64,000 nt of DNA from Eledone cirrhosa (taxonomy: Eukaryota), in contig OZ024746.1 in the NCBI GenBank assembly GCA_964016885.1, forward strand, positions 868,001 through 932,000. Direction: 5' to 3'. Made by a program: the position numbers and the translations under genes. Positions 9,563 to 24,500 of the stretch are shown piece by piece; positions within the stretch are counted from its first letter, which is position 1, and each line of letters starts with the position of its first letter. The notes beneath the pieces are model-generated. The model was not told the origin of the DNA. It saw nothing but the letters and a program-made list of their open reading frames with translations, and ran no database searches.

Positions 9563-12500
9563 CTGCAAGGAAAAAATAGAAAAATAACATAAAGCTATTT
9601 CAAAAACAGACAAGATAGAAAAAATTTATCACTTAAAAAAAATAATTTGGTGTAAGACTTCCTGACTTCCAATAATTTCATGTAAACTATTTTTTTGTTA
9701 CTCTTGACACCACAAAAATAGTCAACTATATCTGACATGCCTACCTATCAGTTCTCTCTGTATCTCTTGGATTGATGGGTTCCTGTCAGGTCTTATCATT
9801 GTGGCATATGTTGATGGAGCTATCAACTACCCCCCACCCAACCACCACCACATCACTACCCAGTTTCATTTTGTCCCCACCACTTTTTCTCCAACATGTC
9901 AATGACCTAGTTGCTACCACTTCCAACAACACTAATGATACCAGCCTCCAGTCTTCCCTAACCTTCCATTTATCCATTGTCTAACTAGAGAGACTTATCT
10001 CCTTCAACAGCACAAAGACAGTCACTCCACATATCAAGAAAACATAAACCCCTTCCCTGTAAATATGTTGGTGACACCCAGTCCACCCTGTTAGATGATT
10101 GTTTTGGTGCTATGATAAACGTGGTTGGCATTAGGAAGGGCGTCCTGCTGAAGAAATCAAGCTAAAATACAGATAACCATTGTGTGGTCACCTGACCTAA
10201 CTTTTCTCACAACGTGACAACCCATCTAATCCATAGATGTTAAATGATAAATAGGTACCTAGTACACTGTAACAAATAAACTCTCAAAGTTAATTCAAAC
10301 TGAGGATCTCTTGTCAAATGGACAAGAACTGCATAACAAAGACCAGCTTTTCTCATCAAGGCCAGAAAATACTTCAGCTCTCAACAATTATAAAGCTCAA
10401 GTGAAACTCACAATGGAGTACTGCTTTTACATCTAGAATGGGGCTGCAGCCATACACACAGTCATCCTATACTGCTTCCAAAAAAGGGCCATTCTACTGG
10501 TTGGCATGGTGAAGCTATCATTACATTCTCTGGTCTACGTATATGCTGTCTCCTCTCCTGACCTACTGCTACTAGAATGACCCTTGCCTTTAGATCTGGC
10601 TAGTCTCAGACTCCATTTAGGCAATCTTCTCAGCTATGTTGTACCAGATGCTGTACAATGAACCCCTGCATCTGGTCCTTTCTGCCTAGAACAATGGTTT
10701 TCCAGAACTTCTTCCCTGCTCCATAATATTTTCTACATTAGAATATGTCATGAATCTTTCCATTTTGGAAGGACTGGGAAGGCCTTCAGCTCTACCCCTC
10801 CTTACTCAACAACAAATATGGCAGCTTGTCTCCTCATACAATCTGTCACAATTCCTCTCAACACACATCTTGCCTAGGGATTGACACAGACTGAGGCTTA
10901 CTGTGTTTTTTTAAATCTATGTGAAAGGTCAAATATTTATGTGACAACTACACACACTGGAGTGACACCTGTTCAGAGATAGACACATGTGTGGTTTACA
11001 CCTCTAGAAACATACAAGCTAGTTACATAGCTTGTATAGTTGTATAACCTGACCAGGTGAACAAACAAATCTTCCACCTCAATTTTTAAAATGTTTTAAA
11101 TATCAAACATTTGAAGAGCATGCTAGCGAGGGTTGGACAGGTCTACATAGACCAAGCTAGCACTGAAGCAGGCCAGGGATCTAACAGACCAATACATATA
11201 TATATATCATCATCATCATCATTTCATTTTACGTCCGCTTTTCCCTGCTTGCAAGGGTGGGACGGGAACTGATTCTGGCTTGATTTCTACAGCTGGATGC
11301 CCTTCCTAACACCAACCTCATTTACAGTGAGTGCTGGGTGCTTTTTTGCCGTGGCACCTACACGACCACTTTGCAGTGGAATGATAGGGACCCCAGTCCC
11401 TATCATCTCATTTCTACAGCTGAGTAAACAGGAGCAATGTGAAATAAAGTGTCTTGCTCAAGGAAACAAGGAAACGGTCTGAGAATTGAACTCACAATCT
11501 TTTGATTGCAAGGCCAATGCTCTAACCACTAAGCCATGTGCCTCCATATATAATATAAAATCAAAAGATGGTTAAAAGAGTTCCATGTATTTTATTATGT
11601 GCATTTCAAAAACAAATATCATGGGATGATATTTGCGTTCTCATCAGATAAAATAGGGAGACATGATATGAAGCTTAAAAAACACTTGCGAGCAGTGAAG
11701 TGTTAAATCAACATGAAAAATAAAATAAGATGGATATATGAGATTAGGAAAAAAAAGGAAAAGGTAAGGAAGAGGAAGAAAGAATATAATAAGGAAAGGA
11801 TGACGGAGGAGATCATCATTTTCGTTTAATGTCCATCTTCCATGCTAGCATGGGTTAGACGGCAGTGTCCCACTTGAGGCAAGATTGGTCAGGTGACTGT
11901 CTTGCTCGTATAGGACTATTTGGCAGGTTTTCTTTGGCTGGATGCCCTTCCTAACACCAACCACATTTACAGTGTGGAACTGGGAACTTTTTACCGTGTT
12001 ACCTACACGACCACATTACAGTGTAGACTGTTTTTTCTCATGACACCTACACTATCTCGATCTCATTTATTTGGACTGGATGTTGTGGTACCAACTTTAC
12101 AGAGAGAGGGTGGTGTTGGTGGGAGTGGGAGGATAGGGTAGGGTAGTGGATCGGGGTGTATATTTGGTTAAGAGGTGCCTACTGACTAGGTTTTGCCTTG
12201 TACATAGGCAAGGCATATATATATATAAATATATATAACAAAGTGGTGTGGTAATGAACCGGGTGGGCCATAACGCACCAGAGTACTCAATACTTAGGGT
12301 AGTAGAGTGGGTAATAGGAAAATGTTTAACCCCGACGACTGTCCAGAGAAATAGCCGTTGAAATGGCTTGAGCTCTGCCGTTGGGGTTAAACATTTTCCT
12401 ATATATATATATATATGTGCTTGGTGGTCAATGATCTGTTCCAGCTCGTTTGTCTACCAACATATGAAAAATTATACATCTCATGTATTTTGTCTGAAGA

Positions 12501-15500
12501 GGACATGTTTTGATTTATGTTATACATAAAACTTTGCATCTTCGAAATATATATAATGAAATAAATAGAGATGATATAAAGTATATATCTTTCGTTTATT
12601 ATTATTATTATTATTATAAGGGCGGTGGATTGGCATGATCGGTAGAGCGTCAGACACAATGCTTTGCAGCATAGAGTTACGGCCCTTTATGTTCTGAGTT
12701 CAAATTCTGCCAAGGTTAGCTTTGCCTTTCATCCTTATGGGGTCGATAAAATAAAGTACCTGTAATACACTGGGGTAATTGCTGGCCTTGTGCCAAAAGT
12801 AGAAACAATTATTATTATTATTATAATATATATATATGTATTATCATCATTTAACATCCACTTTCCCTGATAGCAAAGGTTGGACAGGTCTACATAGACC
12901 AAGTCAGTACTGAAGTAGAACCATTCATCTCCCAGACAGGCCACAGATCGGGGATTTCAGTATCATCATCATCATCATCATCATCGTTTTACGTCCGTTC
13001 TTCCATGCTAGCATGGGTTAGACGGGTTGTCCTGTTGTGGGCAGTGTCTGGTCGGTTGACCATGCCTTGCTCATACAGGAACTGATATTGGCTTGATTTC
13101 TACAGCTGGATGCCCTTCCTAACACCAACCTCATTTACAGTGAGTGCTGGGTGCTTTTTCTGTGGCGCCTACACGTCCACTTTACAGTGTGGGCTGCGTG
13201 CTTTTTTGCCGTGGCACTTCCACGACCACCTTGTGGTGGGGTGTGTGGGGGCATATTGTCTATATGCTTTAGCTTGTACCCATGGGAAGTTGGGTACTCT
13301 ATTACTGCGTGACACCAGAGGTCACGGTCGTGTGTCATCGCCTTTGAGAGGTGTAATTGGGTAAGGTCGGCTTTTATCAGCTCATCCCAGGTCTTCTTGG
13401 GTCTCCCCACTCCGCGGCTTCCATTGACTTCTAGTGCTCTACACCATTTTATGCAGCTGTCATCCTTCATACGCATCACATGTCCATACCAACGCAATCT
13501 CCTCTCCTGCACACAGCATTTGATTCCTCTTATGCTCAGTCTCTCTCTCAATTCATTTATACTTTATCGTTCGCGTATATTACTATTACACATCCATCGG
13601 AGCATGTAAGCTTCGTTTTTTTCTAATCTACGCAAGTCTTCCACAGTCAGCGCCCAGGTCTCACTACCATGTAACATTGCTGTTCGTATACACGCATCAT
13701 ACAGTCTGCCTTTCAATTTGAGGGAAAAGCCTTTTGCAGCTAGCAGTGGCAGTAGTTCCCTGAACTTCTGCCATCCCGTTCTTACCCTAGTTATTGTACT
13801 TTCCGAACACCCACCTCCGCTGTATATATATATATCATCATCAACATTTATCATCCACTTTCCCAGCTAGCAAGGGTTGGACAGGTCTACATAGACCAAG
13901 TCAGTACTGAAGTGGTGGCTACTGATCTCCCTGACAAGTTGGGGATTTGTCATCTCACTTATTTACAGTCAAATGATCTCATATTCGATCTCAAACGATC
14001 ATGATATAATAATAATAATTGTTTCTACTTTAGGCACAAGGCCAGCAAAATACAGGATTGAAACCCGATTCAGTGATAAAGTCCCCCCCCCCCCCCCACT
14101 TAACATGTTATCACACCATATTACTACACATCAAGTAAAACTGACATGGGATATACTCTCGGGTCCCAATTAATAGGAGGGTGGAATAGAATAAGTGGGG
14201 GTGGGTGAAAATCGGTAACTTTTCTAGGTTGTCTCCATTGATTAAAAAAAAACAGAATAGTTGTCTAGTTTACATATTGAGACCCCAACCCATCCTATTT
14301 ATTTTATAACATGTGGGATTTCTAGTAATGTACTTCTTTTGTCATGTATAATCTTTTTAAATGTCTAAAGAAAATTGATTGTCGCAGGAATGCTGCTACT
14401 TAAAATAAAATTTCGCCAGAGATAGATTAAGAAAATTTAATAAGCGGAGGGAGAGGGCATTATTGGAGAGCCGGGAGTATGTGTAGGCTTCTAGTATACT
14501 CTGTAAAGTGTTCAGCATTGAGAGGATCATCCAGACATATTAATCATGCCAAAAAAATGAAACAAAGCAAGATGTGGTTCTCCTAGTAGTCTAGTCTCGG
14601 ATACATCTCCAACCCATGCTAGCTTGGAAAACGAACATAAAACGATGATGATTCTATATATAATTATGGAATGATTCTATATATAATTATGGAATGATTC
14701 TATATATAATTATGGAATGATTCTATATATAATTATGGAATGATTCTATATATAATTATGGAATGATTCTATATATAATTATGGAATGATTCTATATATA
14801 ATTATGGAATGATTCTATATATAATTATGGAATGATTCTATATATAATTATGGAATGATTCTATATATAATTATGGAATGATTCTATATATAATTATGGA
14901 ATGATTCTATATATAATTATGGAATGATTCTATATATAATTATGGAATGATTCTATATATAATTATGGAATGATTCTATATATAATTATGGAATGATTCT
15001 ATATATAATTATGGAATGAAGCTTATTGAATAGAATGGACACAACTTCGGTGGTTTCTTCACTCACTCAATAATTTAATTAAGTCCGTATTATTAATATA
15101 TACTTGTTCGGTAAACATCTTTCTAAAGCAACACCGCTAACTATCCGGTGATATCTAAGACACTATTAAGTAATTTTATAATTTAATATGCCATAACCTA
15201 GGACAACATTTGACTGGGAACTGTATAAAGACGAACACCGCTTTAATTGGTAGTGCCAATTCCAAAAGTCTAATTACTGCCAAAGGAACATGATGTCAAC
15301 TTTTTATGTCCATTTACCTTCAAAAGATGAACCGGGCTAACAACAATAATAACAACAATGGTAACAAGTATGTTTTTTTATATATAATTTAATATGTAAA
15401 CTAATTATTTTTGTTTCTTCTGTCACTTTCCTGGTTTACTTAACAATATCTCAATAATTGTTAATTATTGAGGTGAGCTTTACCTTTTATCTTTACACTG

Positions 15501-18500
15501 TCAATAAAATAAAGTACCAGTAATGAACTGGTTCTATTTAATCGACTTTCCCCTCCCCTAAAATAGCTATCCTTGTAGAAACCATTATCATTGTTAATAA
15601 TTGTTTCTACTTTTGGCACAAGGCCAGCAATTGCCCAGTGCATTACTGGTACCTTATTTTATCGACCCCGTTTAATAATAATGGTATGCTGCTCCTCACC
15701 TAATAACAGTATTTTACAACTTTTCACCTACTCTCACTTATTAAATTTTACTAATCTTTCTCTGGCGAAATTTTATTTTAAGTAGCAGCATTCCTGCGAC
15801 AATTAATTTTATTTAGACATTAAAAAACATTATACATGACAAATAAAGTACATTACGTTTGTTTTTTTTTAAAATCAATGGAGACAACCTAGACCCCCCC
15901 CCCCCCCGATACTTCGTGTGTTTTTAAAATGTGAATTTAGTTAAATTTTAACCCTTTTTATAATTCCTTTAATTTTTTTGTGAGTGTAATTAACTGTTTC
16001 TGATTAACTTATTGTTTACATATGTATGTATTATCACCTCTATAGAAACGTACGTAGAAATTCAAAATGGATTTAAGTTGTTAACTTTGGTTTAAATATT
16101 TATGCTCTGCTATCCTCATTTCCTAGACAAAGACCTTCAATGTGTATTTCTTGTTTTCAATTCCTGATGTATTGAGGCAGTGTGCACTGAGCTTCTGTCA
16201 CCTTACTGGAATACTGCATTATAATCTCTATATATATATACACACACGAGGTCTAAATCTAAAGTCTGTCTTAAGCCAGAAGGCTCGTTAGGCTGGTGCT
16301 TATCAATGTTTCATGGCGTGAAGTGACTGAGAGTACAAGACTTTCCCCTAGACAGGACACCAGTCCATCGCAGGGTTCAACCACCAGCTTGGGTAGCATG
16401 TGCTATCGGAGCCTCGAGAAAACATCAAAATTTCAGCCCGGAGCATACCAATGAATTGAAAAAACAAAAGTAAGCTTTATTTCATTATTTTTCTGGGTTT
16501 TTTTTCTGTTCAACTTCTAGCTGTCTGATGAGGTCATAGCTGTTGCATAACAGTTATTACCAAAATATATATAACAGCGACTGAATAAACGGAGTTAATT
16601 TTAACCTGTTGACTTCATTTTTATAAATATACTCCAGAGTAAACAGACCCACCTGCGCACTTCGTTGAGTGCTCTACCTTGCACACTGAAGTGTCGGTGA
16701 TTAATCAACACATACTCAAATTAATATATATCATCATCATCATTTTACGTCTATTTTTCCATGTCTGACTCATATAGAACTGTTTTTGACTTTATTTCTA
16801 CAGCTGGATGCCCTTTCAGCTTCTGCCTGTGGGCAGTCAGGTCTTCTGTATTACTGTGTAATGCCAGAGGTCACGGTCCTGTGTCATTGCCTTTGAGAAG
16901 TGCAATTGGGCAAGGTTCGCTTTTATCACCTCATCCTAAGTCTTCCTGGGTCTCCTCACTCCAACGCTTGCATCGACTTTTAGCACTCTGCACCTTTTTA
17001 TGCAGTTGCCATCCTTCATACACACCACATGTCCATACCAACGTAATCTCTGCTGCACACATAATTTGATTCCTCTTATGCCTAGTTTCTCTCTTAGTAT
17101 ATGCTTTGCCATTCACGTATATTACTATTACACATCCACCGGAGCATGTGAGCTTCATTTCTTTCCAATCTATGCAAGTCTTCTGCTCACAGCACCCAGG
17201 TCTCACTACCATGTAACATTGTATATATACTACCAATAAAGATTCTAACTTCATTGTTTCTGAAGAAGACAGTCTGATCGAACCTATATATTAAATCTGA
17301 TAGTATACAGTCATATAACTGCTATAGATCAGTCAATATGTCAATATGATCAAACCTCCAAAACGATCGTAAAACAATGATATGATGAATAGGTAAAATA
17401 ACTTGACTTTGTTATTATTTTCATTGTTAAATATCTAATATATATATACTATATGTATATAAACTCTGACATCCTGTGTACAAATGCAATATTCAGTATT
17501 TGTCTTTCACCATTTCACTCATTAATTCACTTTATCTCCGTCAGCCCCCCCCCCCCCCCCCTCATTGTTCTAACAAACATTTATTGCCTCTCATTTTACC
17601 TCCTCCCACACTTTCACCACTACACTACTTCACCTACTCCCATTACCACTCACAAATTACATTTCCCTCTTATTCCACCGTAATGTAGTGTGTATAGTTA
17701 TATATATATACCTATATGTGTATATATATATAAATATATATATTATTCAGAATATTAATAAATGAAGACATTCACATAATCAAAATATATACTTTATTAT
17801 ATATATTTCGAAGGTACTGTGCTGTTTTTTCAGTACGTCCTCGTCAGATAAAATACATGTATTGATGTATGACATACCTCAACAGTCTTGATGGTTCAAT
17901 TCCAGTATTGGCAGCCAATATATAAATATATATATATATATATTTGTTTTGCAAAGGGTTTTGATATGAAATCGTGTGTTGAAACAAATATTGTTATATT
18001 TGGAGAGGGTCATATTGTAATAATATTGGCAGAAATAATAAAAGAACACCCTCACTGTTTGGTTTGGGTTGGTTTTCGCTTCTGTATCTTTTATATCTCC
18101 ATAGTTAATTTATCTGGCAATCAATATTTATCATTGATTGGCCAACGGTTAAAAAATACAGATATATAAATATATATATATATATATAGTCTATCAAAGT
18201 TCTTTTGTCGCACATCTGTGACATCATCAGTGGTACTATTGTTTCCTCCCGTTGTATTGTAATGTCTACACCATTTTTATTTTATTTATTTATTCTTGTC
18301 TCTGTGTGTTTGTGTTTGTGTGTTTTTGTATTCTTTGTTCACTAGTGTGTGTTTGTTGTTATTGTGCTTGTGCATATATTTATTTATATTTTCCTTAGGT
18401 CAGTATTGTTTGTTTGGGTATGGTTGTTGTTGTTATTTCATTTGTTCTTTCCGTGCAACTTTGGTTTTCTTAGTTCTGTCCCGGTTGCTTCTCTGATTTG

Positions 18501-21500
18501 CTGTTGAGTCATTTCTATGTTTAGATATGACATGATGGTAATGTAGACAACATAGAAATTAAAATATCTACTTGGGGTAGTAGAGTATGGCTATATTATA
18601 AAGATTTGGGACCCCACGGTTGAGCTTTTACTGTTTCAACAGCTAGTTCCAGAACTTGCTGTTGAAAGCTCAGCCGTCAAGACCCGAATCTTATCATTCA
18701 TCATTTTCATTTTACGTCCGCTTTTTCCTTGCTTGCAAGGGTGGGACGGGAACTGATTCTGGCTTGATTTCTACAGCTGGATGCCCTTCCTAACACCAAC
18801 CTCATTTACAGTGAGTGCTGGGTGCTTTTTTGCCGTGGCACCTCCACGACCACTTTACAGTGGAATGATAGGGACCCCAGTCCCTATCATCTCATTTCTA
18901 CAGCTGAGTAAACTGGAGCTATGTATATATATATATATTTTTTTTTTTTTCTAGGGTCTCGAATGATTGTCCTTTCCTGCTTCTTAATAATCCTCCGCCC
19001 CCTTATTAAATTTTGCAACACATGACCCAACCATCTCACTCTCTCTTCACAGAATTCATCACTAATTCTATAGCCATGCTATAATAAAGCAATATCAAAC
19101 TAAACAATACTTACTGAGAATTAATGCAAGAACAGGAAATCTGTCGCAGCCAAAAAACATCTGTTGCTCATTGTTGATGTGAGTAACTATTGTTGGGAGA
19201 CCAAATGCCTGTTGAATATGTTTTGAGAAATAATTTGGAAGACAAAATTGGAATTTCAAAAACCATTTATTTACTGTCAGAATATAATAATGGTTTCTGG
19301 CACAAGGCCAGCAATTTGGGGGAGGGGAATCAACTAAATTGTCCCCAGTGTGTTGTACTTTATTTAATTGACCCCAGTGGATTACTGGTACTTTATTTAA
19401 TTGACCCCAGTGTGTTACTGGTACTTTATTTTATCGACCCTTTAAGGATGAAAGGCAAAGCTAACCTCAACGAGATTTAAACTCAGAATGTAACGGGACG
19501 TACTAGATGCTGCAAAGCATGGTGTTCAATGCTCTACTGATTCTAGTGCCAATCCATTGCTACTGTCATCATAATGGTTTCTTTATTTACTGTCAACGAT
19601 TTTAAATATAACTTTATTATCTCAGCCAACATGTCAATGTTTTAATAGAAATTTGGAGAAAAAATATTGTTGAAGACAAATAATTTTGGCAGAAGAAAAG
19701 AAAAGAGGCAATCATCAGATTGGACCAAAGAAACAATGTTTCCATTGGTCTTTCCATTGTTCGTACTATTTATCTGTCAGTCACAGTTCCTGGCAGAAGA
19801 AAGGAGCTGATCATCAGATCAGGGAAACAATGTTTCTATTGGTCTTTCCATTGTTGATACTATCTGCTGGTCACAACTCCTGGTAAATGGAGGTGAGATT
19901 TGAACTCGGTAGACACTGAACCAGATCAGATACTGCAAAGTATTCCATATCTGAATCTTATTTTTAACAATTCTGCTAATCTACAGCTGCTGGTATTTTG
20001 TTGAGCCTGGGATGGTGAAAGGCAAAGTTGAGCTTGGGATGGTGAAAGGCAAAGTTGAGCTTGGCAACATTTGAACTCAAAACACTGAGAGCCAGAATAA
20101 TAAGTATTTAACTTGATTCCTTAACAGCTCTGCCAATTCTCCTCTTTTATATCATCATTATTGTTTAATGTCAGCTTTACTTTGGTTGACTTTGCCTTTC
20201 ATCCTTACGGGGTTGATAAAATAAAGTACCAGTAATGCACTGGGTAATTGCTGGCCTTGTGCCTAAAGTAGAAACAATTATTGTTTAATGTCAGCTTTCC
20301 CTGCTAGTAATGCATACTAATACATTTACATACCCACACTTCCTCTCTCACGCAAACACATGCACACACTCTCCCTCCCTCTCACACACTCTCCCTCCCT
20401 CTCACACGATCTCCCTCCCTCTCACACTCTCTCACACGATCTCCCTCCCTCTCACACTCTCCCTCACTCTCACATTCTCTCCCTCCCTCTCACACTCTCT
20501 CCCTTGCTCTCTCACACACTCTCTCTCACACACACTCTCCCTCTCACACACTCTCTCCCTCTCACATACACTCTCTCGCTCACACACATATATATAGAAT
20601 ATATAATATTATATTTGCATGTTTGACATTCTGTTATAGAGACTAGTCATCCTACTTACCCCCTTTTCTACAGCTTCATCCGTATATTCCTTCAATCGAT
20701 TCTTTACTTCAAGATCAGTGATACTAGAAAGTGCTTTTGTTAGGATATCTGGTGGCATTCCTGCTTGTTCACCGACCTAGAAGGAATTTAGTTAAGACAA
20801 CTGTATCTAGTGTTAAAGGAAACTATGTGGTGGCATTCCAGTTTCTTCATCAAACTAGACGGAATTACTGTCATAAAAAAGCTAGTCTGGGCAATCATGT
20901 GATAACCTCCTTGATGTTGGTTGATTTGGTAAAGAAGTAGAGTTGGTGTTATAAAATACTCCCAGTCCACTCTGTAAAGTGGTAGTGCTGGTGCCATGAC
21001 AAAAGGCACCCTCTTAACCCCTTGTAAGGTGGTAATGCTGTTATTATGAAAAACAAAGTACCTAGTCCACTCTGCAAGAGCGTCAGTCATACTGGTGGTT
21101 GGCATTAGGAAGGGCATCCAGCAATAGAAAACTGGAACCCCAAATGGAGTGTATGAGCATGATATTGTCACTTGACCTGTCTGGCTTCATAATGTGACAA
21201 CCTGTCTAACCCATACTTGCTTCCACACCCACACCTCATTTTTTTGTCTTGCGTTTGTGTTCCTAAGTAAAGGATCCTTCTCAGCACTGGTCTCTCCACT
21301 CATCACAATCCTTTGTCATCTCCCCTGTGACTTTCACTGATTTGAGGTCAGCTCTTGCAACTTCTGCCCAGGTCTTCCTTGGTCTACCTTTACTGCAACT
21401 TCGTTCCATTGGCATTTCCTGGCATTTCTTCACCCAACGATCCTTGTCCATATACACACATACATCTCCTGCAGTTTCTACCTATCGAAGTCCACTCACA

Positions 21501-24500
21501 AGGCATTGGTCAACTCAAAGCTATAGTAGATGTGTCAAAGTTATGTAGTGAGACTGAACTTAAAACCATATTGTTGTGAAGCTAACCCCTTAATTACACA
21601 GTCATGCTTGCACCTATCATTTTCATGAATTTTGAAGGATTTAGTAGTATATTAGTTTTCACATTAAGTTAGTGTTTGGAACAAAGATTCTTACATAAAA
21701 TTTTAATGTAAGTTTTTTTTTTAGATAAGCACTTTAAAATAAACAGTTTAGTATCGTAGGATCAGGGGCAGTTTCAGGCAGTTTAGTATCAATTTGGTTC
21801 AATCATCATCATCATCATCATATATTTGGTAACTTCCAACTAACAAATCTGACAAGAAGTACTCAACCCAAAATGCTTTCTAATTTAGGCAAATTTGGGG
21901 AAGGACAAAGTTGATTATATGAGCTGTACTACTTATCTGGTACTTTATTATATGAGCTGTACTACTTATCTGGTACTTTATTATATGAGCTGTACTACTT
22001 ATCTGGTACTTTATTATATGAGCTGTACTACTTATCTGGTACTTCATTTTATTGACCCTTTCTCTCCAAAGGATGAAAAGCAATCTGTTTAGCTATTTTT
22101 TCATTACGCTAGATAAACTTATTATTTGTTAAAGATAGCATTTAAAGTTGTTTAATGAAATACCCTCTATTGAATTTTGAGGGATTTACTAAAATTATTA
22201 TTTCATTCCTAAGATAGTATAATATAGTATGAGATGTTTAGAGCTAAAGGGAGAGATTAATACTTTCAGTTGTAAAAGCATGGCTTGGACGCTGCAGGCT
22301 TCCCCTCCCAGCTTGAGCCGGTGGGGCTGGACCAAGGGGAAGGCAAAAGGCCAGACGGTATGACCATCTTCCCGTTCCACTTGCAGCGACACTTTCTCCA
22401 GCCCCAATCTGGTGCAGTCTGTGACTAACCCAGGTTCTGCTGAACTTCGGGCTGAGGAGGCCAAACTCTCCAAGTACCGGTCACTCTCCAACAGGTTCGC
22501 GGTCATGCCCTTGGCAGTGGAGACTTCTGGTGTCCTCTGCCCTAGGGCTACCTCCCTACTCACCACCATAGGCGCTGAGCTGGCCAGCCGCAGGTGTGTG
22601 CCTCACGAGTTGGAATGGCTCTTCCAGCACATCTCCCTTACCATCCTTCAGGAAAACGCTGTCTCCATTCTGTCTGTTGGGGCTGTAGGGAGGCCAGCAC
22701 ATGGGACCCCATTTGTTCACCATACGGAGAGATGGAGAGGGCGAGGGAGATGGAGGCGATGACAGTGGGAGTTCGGCTCTTCCACGTTCGGACCATATCC
22801 TTGTGGGTTGTGTTCATCAAGCCCTACTCCAGTAATGAAATATATATAAAAATAATTAACCACATGAACAGGAACAACACATGTTTAAAGAAGAAAAAAG
22901 AGAATTCTGTGAAAGAAATAGTAGTTAGGAGTGCCTATTACAGCATCCCACTATCTCTTCTAGGATTTTTATACATAAGTGGGTTGTACTTACCTCTTGA
23001 AAACTTTTCATTTCTGTAATATCTTTATCCTGCAATAAGGAACAGAAACTATTCTCAGGTCTTGCATAATCTCCCCCCCCCCCCCCCCCACCTGACCTGC
23101 ACCTATTAAATTTTACTAATCTATCTGGTGAAATTCTATTTTAAGTGGTAGCATTCTTGTCACAATTTTCTTTATACATGACAAAAAAAGTATATTACTA
23201 GAAATCCCATACATTATAAAATAAATAGGATGGGGTGGAGTCTCAATATGAAAGCTAAACGACTAATCCTGGTTTTAAAAATCAACGGAATCAACTTACA
23301 AAAATTATCAATGTTCCAACCCCCAACCCTATTATCTGGGACCCGAGAGTACTTAAGGAAATGACAAATAAATATCTACTTTTCCTAGCTGCCATCAGAT
23401 TTTCAATTACTGTCAATACTTGAATATAAGCTAACTGCCCTGTCTGAGAAATGGGCAACAATCCAAACATTGTTAATAAACATTGTATATAAGCCAACCT
23501 CCCATTAAGGTGAGTTGTTTGTAAAAATAGTTTTATAGTGTTCTTAACATACTGTACCACATGAAACTGTATTAAGACCTTGTAGGAAAGTAAAACGCAG
23601 CACTATGGCTGCATCACATTAAAGATTAAAGCATTTATCTAACTCTACAAATTTTCACAACAATCTTTCCATTAGTGAAGATACTATAAACATTTAAATT
23701 AACAAACCTCCTTTTAGATTTTTTTTCTATATTATTACAGGGTGTTAAGAGATAACCCTGCACATTTTCACAGCAATCTGTCCCCTAGTAAAGATACTAT
23801 AAGTATTTGAATTAACAAACCTGTTTTTAGGTATTTTCTACTGAATCATATTAAGTTAACATTCTTTAAAAACATAATTCCTGCCATACCTGATTGTGTA
23901 TTCTCATCCACAACAACTGTGAAATATTTCCTGTAAATTGTGGTTCCATCATATCAATAGCCGTAATAAAGCGTTGAGCACTTAACGAACCTTTACCAAA
24001 CATTGTTGTGAAGGGATCCTGACAGAAATAAAGGAAACAGAAATGGTTTTGATAAATTTAATGATTGAAATTCTGAGGAAGCTATTGTAACATGGAGAAG
24101 TTGTCAGGTGTTTCACAACGGTTCTCCTTGGTTTGGCATTGTGTGTCTGTTGTGTAGTGTGTAGTATGGTGGTAGTGGTGGTAGTGTGTAGTGTGGTGGT
24201 AGTGTGTAGTGTGGTGGTAGTGTGTAGTATGGTGGTAGTGGTGGTAGTGTGTAGTGTGGTGGTAGTGTGTAGTGTGGTGGTAGTGTGTAGTATGGTGGTA
24301 GTGTGTAGTATGGTGGTAGTGGGTAGTGTGGTTGTAGTGTGGTGGTAGTGTGTAGTGTGGTGGTAGTGTAGTGTGGTGGTAGTGTGTAGTGTGGTGTTAG
24401 TGTGTAGTGTGGTGGTGGTGGTGGTGTGTAGTGTGTAGTATGGTGTGGTGGTAGTGGTGGTGATGTGTGTAGTATGGTGGTAGTGTGTAGTATGGTGTGG

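Noticed and set aside
11480-11547. tRNA-like sequence (also about 45430-45500 and 39170-39225)
   Set aside because: tRNA-derived SINE heads followed by a SINE body; no complete cloverleaf.
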